DNA of 64,000 bases from Minisyncoccota bacterium (GTDB lineage Bacteria; Patescibacteriota; Minisyncoccia; Phycocordibacterales; XYD1-FULL-46-19), in the NCBI GenBank assembly GCA_041664425.1, contig JBAYKU010000002.1, forward strand, positions 13,142 to 77,141. The letters run 5' to 3'. The notes beneath the pieces were generated by a model that searched no databases, had not been told where the DNA came from, and worked only from the letters and a program-made list of their open reading frames with translations. This document shows, in pieces, positions 10,580 through 19,916 of the stretch. Numbering within the stretch: position 1 is the first letter of the stretch; every line of letters begins with the position of its first letter. Both the position numbers and the translations under genes were made by a program.

Positions 10580-10801
10580 ATGTATCTAAAAATTCGGGCG
10601 GTACCCGATGCTAAAAAAGATTTGATTGAAGTCTTGTCGGCCGATACTTGGAAGGTGTCGGTTAAGGATCCAGCTGAGAGAAATCTGGCTAATCAAAAAA
10701 TCATTGAGTTGGTAGCGGTCAAACTCGGGCTGACCGTCAAACAGGTTCGGATTGTTAGTGGACATCAAAGTCCGAGTAAAATCTTGTCTTTACCAGACTA
10801 G
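10580..10801 (+). CDS. DUF167/YggU-family protein
   Basis: Pattern 'V.V..PA..N.AN......A..L.......RIVSG..S..K'. Confidence 0.8.
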   Translation: MYLKIRAVPDAKKDLIEVLSADTWKVSVKDPAERNLANQKIIELVAVKLGLTVKQVRIVSGHQSPSKILSLPD

Positions 10802-10883
10802 CTTTTTGTTTGTAAAAAATAAGTGATATAATTAAACCAATAAGGTGTGGGTCGGGATTACTAGTTTTTAATAAACGAAATCC

Positions 10884-11249
10884 ATGATTATCAACATCAA
10901 GGCCACTGGCCTAGAACTAACACCAGCCTTGGACAGCTTTGTCCGAGAGAAGCTGGCCAACATAGGGAAAAAGTTGGGGGAGCATAACGAGTCGACTCAA
11001 GCTCAAGTCGATATTGGGATGGATAGCCATCATCATAAAGCTGGGCAGATTTTTCGTGCCGAGATGAATTTGTTTTATCGGGGAAAACAATTGAGGGTAG
11101 AAGAGGAAAACGAAGACATGTATACCGCGATTGACATCGCCAAGGATAAAATGGTTCAAGAGGTTATCAGATATGAAAAGAAACAGAACTCGCTTTTCAA
11201 AAGAGGTGGGCGAGCCATCAAAAATATTTTTCGGGGTTGGAAGAGGTAG
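10884..11249 (+). CDS. hpf: Ribosome hibernation factor HPF/RaiA (short form)
   Basis: Motifs INIKATGLELTPAL..FV.EK and DMYTAID...DK. Confidence 0.9.
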   Translation: MIINIKATGLELTPALDSFVREKLANIGKKLGEHNESTQAQVDIGMDSHHHKAGQIFRAEMNLFYRGKQLRVEEENEDMYTAIDIAKDKMVQEVIRYEKKQNSLFKRGGRAIKNIFRGWKR

Positions 11250-11263
11250 AGGCTAATTAAAGA

Positions 11264-12103
11264 CTACCTTATCCCTCGTTGGAATTCTTCCCAAGACATT
11301 TCCTTTTTGCCTTCGGGAGTAACCCTTTCAATCACAAAAAGCTCACCGTCGAGGCGGGCTTTTTTGATTGTTAAGCGAATTTTTTTCTGGTGATTATCAA
11401 TCTCAGTATAAACACCAGGCCAGGGTTGGTAGGCTCGAAAACGACGAAAGTTTAAGATTGCTGGATCATTGAGATTAATTTCCCCATATTTTTTTTCTAT
11501 TTTTTGAGTATAGGTGGCTAGGTCGTGATCTTGTTCGAGAGGGGTGATTTTTTGGGCTAACCACTCAGCTAAAACATCAGCAAAAAGATTGGCGCCTTTT
11601 TGGGCTAAAACTTTAGCCAAAATCGGCGCTGTTTCCTCACCAGTTAAATCGATTTTTTCTTGTGCAATGATAGGTCCATGATCCATTTCTTTGTCCAAAA
11701 GCATAATCGTCACTCCGGCTTCTTTGTCGCCGTTTAAAATAGCCGATTCGATAGGGGTGCTGCCACGGTATCTAGGTAAAAGTGAGGGGTGAATATTAAG
11801 TGTTCCATGGGCAGGTAAGTCGAGGATGGTCTGGGAAATAATTTTACCATAAGAGGCTACTAAAAATAGGTCATAGTTTTTAGCTTTTAGTTTTTCGGAA
11901 ACAAATTTTAGAGAGTCAGGCTGGATAAAATCAATTTTATTTTCTTGAGCCCAGATCTTTACTGGCGGTGGAGTGATGATCAATTTTCTGCCCTTGGGTT
12001 TGTCTGGAGTGGTAATAATCAGGGTGGGTAAAAGACCTCGATCTTTGAGGGTGTCGAGAACGACGACTGAAAATTCGTCAGTGCCCCAAAAAGCCCAAAT
12101 CAT
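11264..12103 (-). CDS. fmt: Methionyl-tRNA formyltransferase
   Basis: Motifs FWGTDEF, PDKPKGR, NIHPSLLPRYRG and MDHGPI. Adjacent to def. Confidence 0.95.
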   Translation of the reverse strand: MIWAFWGTDEFSVVVLDTLKDRGLLPTLIITTPDKPKGRKLIITPPPVKIWAQENKIDFIQPDSLKFVSEKLKAKNYDLFLVASYGKIISQTILDLPAHGTLNIHPSLLPRYRGSTPIESAILNGDKEAGVTIMLLDKEMDHGPIIAQEKIDLTGEETAPILAKVLAQKGANLFADVLAEWLAQKITPLEQDHDLATYTQKIEKKYGEINLNDPAILNFRRFRAYQPWPGVYTEIDNHQKKIRLTIKKARLDGELFVIERVTPEGKKEMSWEEFQRGIR

Positions 12104-12104
12104 C

Positions 12105-12605
12105 TTAGTCTACTTTGGCCAGATTTTTGGCCTTATCAATAAATAAAATTCCTTCGAGGTGATCGAGTTCATGTTGAAAAATTTGGGCCATTAGGCCGGC
12201 GCCAGCGTAGGAAAACTTTTGACCGAATTCATTATAGGCTTCAACTGTCGCTTTTTCAGCTCGCTCAATTTCGCCGAAATAACCCCGAACAGAGAGGCAA
12301 CCCTCGTCTAATTTCTTTTGGCGTTTGGAAATTTTGGTTAGTCGGGGGTTAATAAAAACCAAGTCTTTAGCCTCAGCCGGGATAACTCCTTCCTCGTCCA
12401 TAAAAATTTTTTTTGAAACCACAAAAATACGTAAAGAAACTCCAATCTGGGGAGCCGCCAAAGCCGCTCCGTCAGGGCAAACGTCTAAAGCCTCCTTCAT
12501 ATTTTTGAGCAGGGTTTGAGTTTTCTTGCTACCGATTTCTTCTAGGGGTAGATCGGTCGCTACGACGCGCAAGGTTTTATTATCTTTTTGGACAATCTTT
12601 ATCAT
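12105..12605 (-). CDS. def: Peptide deformylase
   Basis: Motifs GAALAAPQIG, EGCLS and QHELDHLEG. Confidence 0.97.
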   Translation of the reverse strand: MIKIVQKDNKTLRVVATDLPLEEIGSKKTQTLLKNMKEALDVCPDGAALAAPQIGVSLRIFVVSKKIFMDEEGVIPAEAKDLVFINPRLTKISKRQKKLDEGCLSVRGYFGEIERAEKATVEAYNEFGQKFSYAGAGLMAQIFQHELDHLEGILFIDKAKNLAKVD

Positions 12606-12653
12606 TTGAATAGGGTGAATTATAACACAAACATAAATAAAATCAAAAGTAGT

Positions 12654-14573
12654 TTAGAAAATATTTTCTGGATCGACGTTGATAATAAAGGCTGGTGATA
12701 GTTGTCTGAGGAGAAAGATTATTTCTGATTTAGGCCAGTGGCCGGTCGGTAAGCGTAGAAGCAGATTGGTTTGAGCTTCACCGCCACGGAGATTGCTAAA
12801 ACTATCATAAATAATCGTTTGCCAAGCCGATAAATGTTCTTCTTTGAGGGTTTCTAAAGCTTCTACTAATTGTTTGTCTGTGCTTTTGACTGAAATTTTG
12901 ATTAGAGTCGAAAAGGGTGGATATTTTAACTTTTGGCGATCGCTTAATTCGCGTCGATGAAATTCCGTAGAGTTGCCCTTGAGAGCTAAATTTAAAATTT
13001 CTTCTTCTGGATTGCGAGTTTGAATAATAAAATTTTTAACGGCGAGATGTCGTAATCGCAAGAGGATATTAAAAATTTTTTCACCAATCCTAAATTCGGG
13101 AACAGAAAAATAAGAATCTATCCCCACGACTGCAATATTTTCTATTTTTTCTCTTAAGTGAAAAAGAGCCATTTCGGTACCAATCAGGATTGAACCAGGA
13201 GAGGCATAAAAATCACTAATAATAGCCTCAGTTTTTTTAGGGGTTTTTACGGTATCACTGTCTAAGCGTAAAATTTTGGTTTGAGGAAGAAGTTTTTTTA
13301 ATTCAGCTTCGATCTTGTCGGTACCTGCTCCCAACAGGGCAATCTTCCAACCTCCGCAGTGTTGGCATTTATCCTCAGGCTGACCAGTGTGGCCACATTT
13401 ATGGCAGAGAAAATAATTTTCGGCGTTTTTACCACTTTTTTCTTGGTGAAGGATAAGCGGCGTTTTACAACGCGGGCAAGAAAAAACATGTCCACAATCA
13501 CCACAGACAGTGAGAGGATTTAGCCCCCGGCGGCCAGAAAAAATAAACCAACGCTCTCCCGCTGTTTCCTCTAGCCATTTTGTTAGTTCTGGGCTGATTG
13601 CTTGACCGAAATTAGTTGGGTCTTTTTCTTTTTGATTAATTAAAATTTGTTTTTGGGCGCTAGTAAAAGAACGGTAGGTGATAGGTGAGAGGGGAGCTAG
13701 CTCATTTCGCCGACTACGCTCAATCGTTTCGCTTCGCAAAAGAATATCGCCAAAAATAAGCTTAGCTCTCTTAGCCTCGGCCAGTTGTTCAATAAAAAAA
13801 CGAGTATCAATAAAGGGTCTGGCCATTTGTTTGTAGGCAGTAGCATTTTCTCTTTCGACAATAAAGGTCTTGATGTCCGAGCGGGGCAAACAAATAAAAA
13901 GAGGGGTAGCAATAACCAAAACCGGATGCTTGTGATTGTTGGCTTTTTTCCAGTTAAGGATTTGTTCTTTGTTTGTTTCGTCACTACAGAGGGAAGCCAC
14001 ATAGTCTTCTATCCCCCTGCCTAGAATTTGTTTAAGGTGGCGAACATCAGCATTGGTCGGAGCACAGATAAAAACTGATTGTTTTTGAGCAAAAGCTTCA
14101 CGAATTATTTTTTTGTATAAAGCGATTCGGTCCTCATCGGGTTCTTGGAGAACAAATTTTTCAATCTTGGTTTGGGAAGCGTTTGAAGTTGCTGGTTTTC
14201 TGTCCTCGGTATTTTTTTGTTTATTATTTTGGTTAGCAGTCTGGCTGATAATTGCCAGAGGGGCAAAACTTTTAACGGCTTGGCCCAAGGTAGTAGAAAA
14301 AAAGTCAGCTGTTTTGGTAGCGGCCGTAATAAATTCTGGCTGAAAAAAGTTGCGACTTTTGACCGCAGTTATTTTTTTGAGGGCAAAATCGCTATGGCGA
14401 AGTTCTGTTTTTAGATCACCAGCATCCCTGGTATCAACAACTAAAGCCTCGGTCGGCTTACCTCGGACTGGCACCACCACAATCGAGCCGATTTCCAGTT
14501 CTTTGGCACTAAAATAAGTTAGGTTATCCTTAAAGATTCCCTTAGAAAGCAGAGTAGTCGTCACAATCTTCAT
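12654..14573 (-). CDS. priA: Primosomal protein N' (PriA) with degenerate helicase motifs
   Basis: N-terminal 'LTY....L.IG..V.VP' 3'-DNA-binding region, RRG plus four CxxC, RLDSD, ILIGT, IIQT and YPPF. Confidence 0.9.
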   Translation of the reverse strand: MKIVTTTLLSKGIFKDNLTYFSAKELEIGSIVVVPVRGKPTEALVVDTRDAGDLKTELRHSDFALKKITAVKSRNFFQPEFITAATKTADFFSTTLGQAVKSFAPLAIISQTANQNNKQKNTEDRKPATSNASQTKIEKFVLQEPDEDRIALYKKIIREAFAQKQSVFICAPTNADVRHLKQILGRGIEDYVASLCSDETNKEQILNWKKANNHKHPVLVIATPLFICLPRSDIKTFIVERENATAYKQMARPFIDTRFFIEQLAEAKRAKLIFGDILLRSETIERSRRNELAPLSPITYRSFTSAQKQILINQKEKDPTNFGQAISPELTKWLEETAGERWFIFSGRRGLNPLTVCGDCGHVFSCPRCKTPLILHQEKSGKNAENYFLCHKCGHTGQPEDKCQHCGGWKIALLGAGTDKIEAELKKLLPQTKILRLDSDTVKTPKKTEAIISDFYASPGSILIGTEMALFHLREKIENIAVVGIDSYFSVPEFRIGEKIFNILLRLRHLAVKNFIIQTRNPEEEILNLALKGNSTEFHRRELSDRQKLKYPPFSTLIKISVKSTDKQLVEALETLKEEHLSAWQTIIYDSFSNLRGGEAQTNLLLRLPTGHWPKSEIIFLLRQLSPAFIINVDPENIF

Positions 14574-14602
14574 ATTGGTTATCCTAGCTCATTTGATCAA
14601 AC

Positions 14603-14611
14603 TTATCCACA
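14603..14611 (+). promoter_or_regulatory. Perfect DnaA box upstream of priA
   Basis: TTATCCACA in the divergent promoter region. Function is not shown. Confidence 0.4.
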
Positions 14612-14662
14612 CATAAAAAAGCCTTTAATAAAAGAGTTTTCTGATGTATTATTATAGTCAGT

Positions 14663-16180
14663 ATGGATGCCTCGATGACGGGATCAAAAAAATTGTCCTC
14701 TCGGCCTGATGATTTTCCTGTGACAAAAATATCTCTGCCGACAACTTCTTCACGTCGGAGTTTTTTGCCAATGGTAATAACAACAATAGTTCTTGTTGGC
14801 ACTTTTTTTGTTGGTCATCAAATTGGTGGTCTTTTTTGGCCAGAAGCGCCCTCTCTCGGGCAAACTCTCACTGTGGTGGGGAAAAAAAGTCTAGCTTTGA
14901 CTGAAGTCGCCAGTAAAAAAGTGTCTCAAAGCATAAAAGACACCAAAAAAACTACCGTTTCGCTAACTGACTCAGGTCAGCCGACAATCTATATGCCCGA
15001 GCCAAGCCTCAACCAAAGCTGGCGAGAGCTAGTGGCTTCGGCTTCGGTTGGTGGCAGCAAGTTTTCTTTATTTGGAAAACAACTTTGGGATACTTTGGCC
15101 AATAAAACGGCTGGTACTGTTGATTGGTTGGCTTACGGAGCGGTAAAACCACAAGAAAAAATGGTAGAAGTGGTCAATGGTGCCAAACTTTCTCTACGCG
15201 ACAATATCGGTGGTTCTTTAAATACTGTTTCTGTTCGGGTGGCATCTTCTTCTATCCAAATTAAAGAATCCGCCTTGGTGATGGGTAGTCAGGTCCAAAA
15301 TTTAGATGATTTAGATCAAAAAACCACTTCCTACCTATCAGATTTGGTCAGTGGACTAGGTAGAACCGCTTTGAACTTTGGTCAACAAACGAAAACTGGC
15401 CTGATTTTTGTTAGTTCGAAGTCCAGAGATTTGCCGGCTGAGATGATGGTTGGGGTTAATGAACTTTTTTGGCAGCCATTGGCGGAAAAAACCAACAATC
15501 TGACCGATGGGACTTTGTCGGTCGTTAATTTGACTGGGGTTGGAAGTGAAATATTATCTGAAAAAAGTTACCAATCTTTTTCCTACTTAACAACGGCAGT
15601 TTCTAATTTCGTAAATAACACTAAGGGCGGATACCAATATGTCGCTAGTTATTCTGGTCAGACCAATAGTCAGGTCGCCGCGGTCAAATTTTTAGGCTTG
15701 GCTGATTCAACTAGAGAATTCTTTGCGATGTTGTGGGATCGAACCAAAGCTGTTTGGCATTGGCTGGTAAACTTTTTCTCTAATTTATGGCAAACCGCCG
15801 CTAATAATTGGAAAACTTTTTTTGGCTTGTCTATTAAGCCGGTTGTCACCCCAACTCAGTCACAAATAGATAGCACACTGTTATCTGAGTTACAAGAAAA
15901 AATAAAAAATGATTTACGTGGTGATTTACGCCAAGAGATTGCTGATATCGTCAGGAGTACCTCAGCTAATAACCTGTCTGATAAAACCAGTGGTGGTTTG
16001 ATTGTTGTTTCTTCAACTGGCAGTAAGGAGGGTGATGATAAAATGAAGGCTGAAATTCAAAAAATGTTTTCTGATCGTGTGACGGTCAGTTTAGATGCTA
16101 ATCGTAAGGCCGGGGTGATTACTCCCGTTTTTGACCCTAGCGAAAATTATATCTTTTTGCTAGCCCCAGTTAAAAAATGA
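14663..16180 (+). CDS. Membrane-anchored, helical low-complexity hypothetical protein
   Basis: One N-terminal TM and amphipathic repeats. Its stop overlaps the next gene (ATGA). Confidence 0.7.
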   Translation: MDASMTGSKKLSSRPDDFPVTKISLPTTSSRRSFLPMVITTIVLVGTFFVGHQIGGLFWPEAPSLGQTLTVVGKKSLALTEVASKKVSQSIKDTKKTTVSLTDSGQPTIYMPEPSLNQSWRELVASASVGGSKFSLFGKQLWDTLANKTAGTVDWLAYGAVKPQEKMVEVVNGAKLSLRDNIGGSLNTVSVRVASSSIQIKESALVMGSQVQNLDDLDQKTTSYLSDLVSGLGRTALNFGQQTKTGLIFVSSKSRDLPAEMMVGVNELFWQPLAEKTNNLTDGTLSVVNLTGVGSEILSEKSYQSFSYLTTAVSNFVNNTKGGYQYVASYSGQTNSQVAAVKFLGLADSTREFFAMLWDRTKAVWHWLVNFFSNLWQTAANNWKTFFGLSIKPVVTPTQSQIDSTLLSELQEKIKNDLRGDLRQEIADIVRSTSANNLSDKTSGGLIVVSSTGSKEGDDKMKAEIQKMFSDRVTVSLDANRKAGVITPVFDPSENYIFLLAPVKK

Positions 16181-17103
16181 CCATGGTTCATAAGCCATTA
16201 AATATCTTGGCAAGCACATTGGTTGGATTTTTTTTGTTTAGTGCCCTTAGTGTTTATTCAGCGGGTTTAGTTTTACCCAATAAACCGGGGACCTTTGCGG
16301 TGGCACCAGCCCGTAAAGAATTATCTCTTGCGGCGGGACAATCCCAAACCTTTTATCTCCGAGTGGCAAATAATCTCGGCCACCAAGCCAATTTTTCTGC
16401 CGATTTAAATAATTTGAGTGCTCAAACTTATGGTCGGGAAGGCTACATTATCGCTACCTCGACGGCTCGTTATGCTTTGTCGGAGGTGGTTTTCCTAAGT
16501 AAAAAAGAGTTTTTATTAAACAATGGTGAGGAAGCGGAAATACCGATTACTGTCAGCGTGCCGGCTGATTGGCCACCAAGCTCGGTGGCCGGCCTGGTCA
16601 ATCTCGGTCCAGTGTCAGTCAAAACCGGTCTAGCTAATGCCCAGATTAAAACTAGCGCTGGTATTTTATTGCTAGTTAGAGTTAGTGGGCCAGCGATTGA
16701 AAAAGGCCAGTTAGAAAAATTTGGCCTGATTGGTAGCCAGCTAGTTGGCGTGGGTCAGCCGATCAAACTGCAAGTGGCTTATAAAAATGATGGCAATGTC
16801 TACCTTAATCCCTATGGTTTTGTGACGGTCAAAAATTTTTTCGGACAAAAGATCGCTACCCAAAATTTAGATCCATGGTTTGTTTTACCCCAATCAATTC
16901 GTTTGCGGGAAGTTGGTTTGCCGGCTCGTTATTGGCCTGGTTTGTATCGTTCTGAGCTAAATCTTAATTTAGGTTTTAATAATCAGGTAATTCAAGAAAG
17001 TTTTTATTTTTTAATTATCCCAAATTATTGGCAGTGGCTAATCGTAATTTTTGCTATAATAATGTTATTAAGGGTTGGTCTAAGGAATAGACGACATGGG
17101 TAA
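16177..17103 (+). CDS. DUF916/DUF3324-like (WxL-interacting-type) surface protein
   Basis: Signal peptide, 'V.PA..EL.L..G.SQT..L.V.N', 'IP.T.SVP', 'KNDGNVYL.P.G' and a C-terminal TM. Confidence 0.6.
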   Translation: MTMVHKPLNILASTLVGFFLFSALSVYSAGLVLPNKPGTFAVAPARKELSLAAGQSQTFYLRVANNLGHQANFSADLNNLSAQTYGREGYIIATSTARYALSEVVFLSKKEFLLNNGEEAEIPITVSVPADWPPSSVAGLVNLGPVSVKTGLANAQIKTSAGILLLVRVSGPAIEKGQLEKFGLIGSQLVGVGQPIKLQVAYKNDGNVYLNPYGFVTVKNFFGQKIATQNLDPWFVLPQSIRLREVGLPARYWPGLYRSELNLNLGFNNQVIQESFYFLIIPNYWQWLIVIFAIIMLLRVGLRNRRHG

Positions 17104-17851
17104 CATAAAGATTGAACAATTTCTTTTTACGCTACTGATTCTGGTGGTCGCTTGGCCGGTGGGGGCTTATGTGGCCGGTAGCGATAATTATCGGATACAA
17201 GCCGATAGTGTCAATTTTGGTGGGCAACTTTCTTCTTCGGCTAATTACAAAATGGAAGATACTCTGGGAGAAATCGGTACTGGTACCTCATCTGAGGCCG
17301 TGAATATTCATGCTGGTTATCAAGCTATGAATGATGATGTTTATATTAGTATTACTTCTCCGAGCGACGTGACTTTGAGTCCAGAGATAAACCCAACCGT
17401 AGGTGGCACCGCTAATGGCCAAGTTGTTTGGAACGTTGCGACCAATAATCCCGCTGGTTATTCCATGACAGTAGCAGCGGATGCTAGTCCGGCTTTGCGT
17501 TCCACTTCTGATAGTTTTGCCGATTTGGCGGTGGCGGTAGCTGGCACTCCAGATTTTACCTGGACTTCGTTAACTAACCAGGCCAACTTCGGTTATACCG
17601 TTGAAGGTTCGGATCTAAGTAGTACTTTTTTGGATAATGGTACTGCTTGTGGGGTGGGGGCTTTGGATACTTCGAATAGTTGTTGGCTAGGGTTAAAAAC
17701 TACTGCCCAAACCATTGGTACTAAAAGTTCTAGTAACCATCCAGCTGGTAGTGACACCACCATAAAATTTAGAGCCCAGACTGATGTGGGAAGAAATTTG
17801 ACTGCCGGTTCTTATCAAACAGCAATTAATGTCGTAGTTACCACTCTTTAA
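17096..17851 (+). CDS. Secreted WxL-like beta-sandwich protein
   Basis: Signal peptide, S.NYRI..DS.N.GG, 'V.TNN..GY.MTV' and C-terminal 'AGSY.T.I.V.VT'. Confidence 0.55.
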   Translation: MGNIKIEQFLFTLLILVVAWPVGAYVAGSDNYRIQADSVNFGGQLSSSANYKMEDTLGEIGTGTSSEAVNIHAGYQAMNDDVYISITSPSDVTLSPEINPTVGGTANGQVVWNVATNNPAGYSMTVAADASPALRSTSDSFADLAVAVAGTPDFTWTSLTNQANFGYTVEGSDLSSTFLDNGTACGVGALDTSNSCWLGLKTTAQTIGTKSSSNHPAGSDTTIKFRAQTDVGRNLTAGSYQTAINVVVTTL

Positions 17852-17853
17852 AT

Positions 17854-19902
17854 ATGAATAAAAGACACAAAAATTTTTTCTCTATTATTTTAACCATCGG
17901 TATTTTTGTTTTTTTCTTAGTGGCCACCCTTGCTTGGTCGGCCTCTGATTCTATTAATGTTAGTTTGCAGGTGGCTGGAGTAAGTACTACTTGTAACGAC
18001 CCGACTGCCAACAACTTTGGCGGTGCCCTACCTTGCACTTATGGTCATGGTGGGCCGACCGATGTTCCTGGTTGTACTGATGTCACGGCTCTAAATTATA
18101 ATAGTGCCGCTAATGTCAATGATGGTTCCTGTCAGTATCCGCAAGGGGTGCCAAACGTTTCCAATTTCCAATCTTATTATGATATCGGCCAAGACAAAGT
18201 TTATCTGACCTGGGTAAGGCCTGTTTTTGCCAAATTTAAAACCGTCAGAATTGTTCGTTCGACAGTGGGTGTTCCGGCTAGCCCTCAAGAGGGAGCTGTC
18301 GTTTATGAAGGTACGGGAGAGTTGGCGATTGACTCAGCGGTGGAGACCAAGATTCGTTATTATTATAGTGCTTTTGTCCAAAGTACCGACGATTTATATT
18401 CCTCTGGTGCCGTGACTAGCACTATCGGTTTACACGATGATGAAGAAGAGCCACCGGTTTCTACTACCACTCCGCCCTTCTCCACCAGTACTGATGATGA
18501 GATTATTCCCCCTGCGACTACGACACCCTATGTTGATCCCTTTGCTCTTTTGCCGATGGCGACAGCGACCGACCCAGAATTGATAAAATTAACCGTTGGA
18601 GATTTTATTTTGCGTCAAGAGGGTGAGTTAACAAAATATTTTGGTGAGGGTTCAATAGTAACAGTAAAGGGTAAAAAGGAATTAATTTTTGAAATAGAAA
18701 AAAGTGCTTTACCGGCGGTTCTAAAAACTATTGGGGTGGTAATTTCCGACCCTAAAAAACCTAGTCGCTCCTTTTCTTTTATTATGACTGATAATGGCAG
18801 TGGCCGATACTCAGCCACCTTATCGCCCTTTATGCGCAATGGTGTTTTTCCAGTGACTTTTTATATTATCAATTACAAAGATCAGACCATGAAAAAGGTC
18901 TCGGGTAATTTGCAGGTGGCCGGGGTATCTTTTTTGGCTAGTTCGTCTCTATTGAAGGAGATAAGAAAATATGGCGAACCGATGGCCATCGCCATTGGTT
19001 TGGGGGTAGGGTTAACCCAAATTGCTATTTTTAGTTCGGGGGCTAATTCGATCTATGACATCTTTTTGCTTTTATTGCGTTTATTCTACTCATTTTTGGC
19101 TTGGCTTGGGATTCGTCGTAAGAAGCCGGAGTGGGGGACGGTTTACGATTCGGTAACTAAACAACCAATCGACCCAGCCTTTGTATCTGTTTCCAATGTG
19201 GCCGGCGAGGAAGTGACTAGCGCTATTACTGATATTGACGGGCGTTTTGGTTTCCTTTTACCTAAAAATGTTTACTACATTAAAGTGGGTAAAACCAATT
19301 ATCGTTTTCCCTCTATAAATCTAAAAGATAAGACCGCCGATGAACTCTATGATAATTTGTATTTTGGTTCTCCCTTGGCCCACGACGGGAATCAAATCAT
19401 TAAGCTCAATGTTCCTTTGGACCCAATCGGTTTTGACTGGAATGAATTTGCTAAATCAAAAATTAATTTCTTCAAAATTTATACCAAAAAGGAGGCTTTA
19501 CGTCGTCGGATATTTGCCGGGGTCTTTTATTTAGGTTTTGCCATCTCAACCCTCAACTTGCTGGTTTCTCCTTCAGCATTTGATTTCTTCCTGGTATTAA
19601 TCTACAGCGCCATTTTTATCTACCAGAGAATTTTGGTTGTTAAACATAAAATTGTTTCCGTTCGTCGTTCGTCAGGAGAACCGTTACCATTTTCTTTGAT
19701 TCGCTTGTACCTGCCCGGCATTGATCAGCCTATTAAATCTACGACCACCGATGCTCTGGGCAGATTTTACGCCCTGGTCCGTCCGGGAATTTATTATTTG
19801 ACAGTAGAGGAAAAGTTGCCTGATGGTTCCTATAAAAAGATCTACCAGTCAGAAAATATTAATATGCCCAAAGGTGTCCTTGATAAGGACTTCGTAGTGT
19901 GA
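17854..19902 (+). CDS. Multidomain membrane protein: Cys-rich GCTD repeats, FN3/Ig-like domains, TM segments, two carboxypeptidase-regulatory-like domains
   Basis: GCTDVTALNYN...DGSC, a Pro/Thr linker, WGTVYDSVTKQPID...TDIDGRFGF and TTTDALGRFY...PG.YYL.V. Confidence 0.7.
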   Translation: MNKRHKNFFSIILTIGIFVFFLVATLAWSASDSINVSLQVAGVSTTCNDPTANNFGGALPCTYGHGGPTDVPGCTDVTALNYNSAANVNDGSCQYPQGVPNVSNFQSYYDIGQDKVYLTWVRPVFAKFKTVRIVRSTVGVPASPQEGAVVYEGTGELAIDSAVETKIRYYYSAFVQSTDDLYSSGAVTSTIGLHDDEEEPPVSTTTPPFSTSTDDEIIPPATTTPYVDPFALLPMATATDPELIKLTVGDFILRQEGELTKYFGEGSIVTVKGKKELIFEIEKSALPAVLKTIGVVISDPKKPSRSFSFIMTDNGSGRYSATLSPFMRNGVFPVTFYIINYKDQTMKKVSGNLQVAGVSFLASSSLLKEIRKYGEPMAIAIGLGVGLTQIAIFSSGANSIYDIFLLLLRLFYSFLAWLGIRRKKPEWGTVYDSVTKQPIDPAFVSVSNVAGEEVTSAITDIDGRFGFLLPKNVYYIKVGKTNYRFPSINLKDKTADELYDNLYFGSPLAHDGNQIIKLNVPLDPIGFDWNEFAKSKINFFKIYTKKEALRRRIFAGVFYLGFAISTLNLLVSPSAFDFFLVLIYSAIFIYQRILVVKHKIVSVRRSSGEPLPFSLIRLYLPGIDQPIKSTTTDALGRFYALVRPGIYYLTVEEKLPDGSYKKIYQSENINMPKGVLDKDFVV

Positions 19903-19916
19903 GAAAATAACACCCT

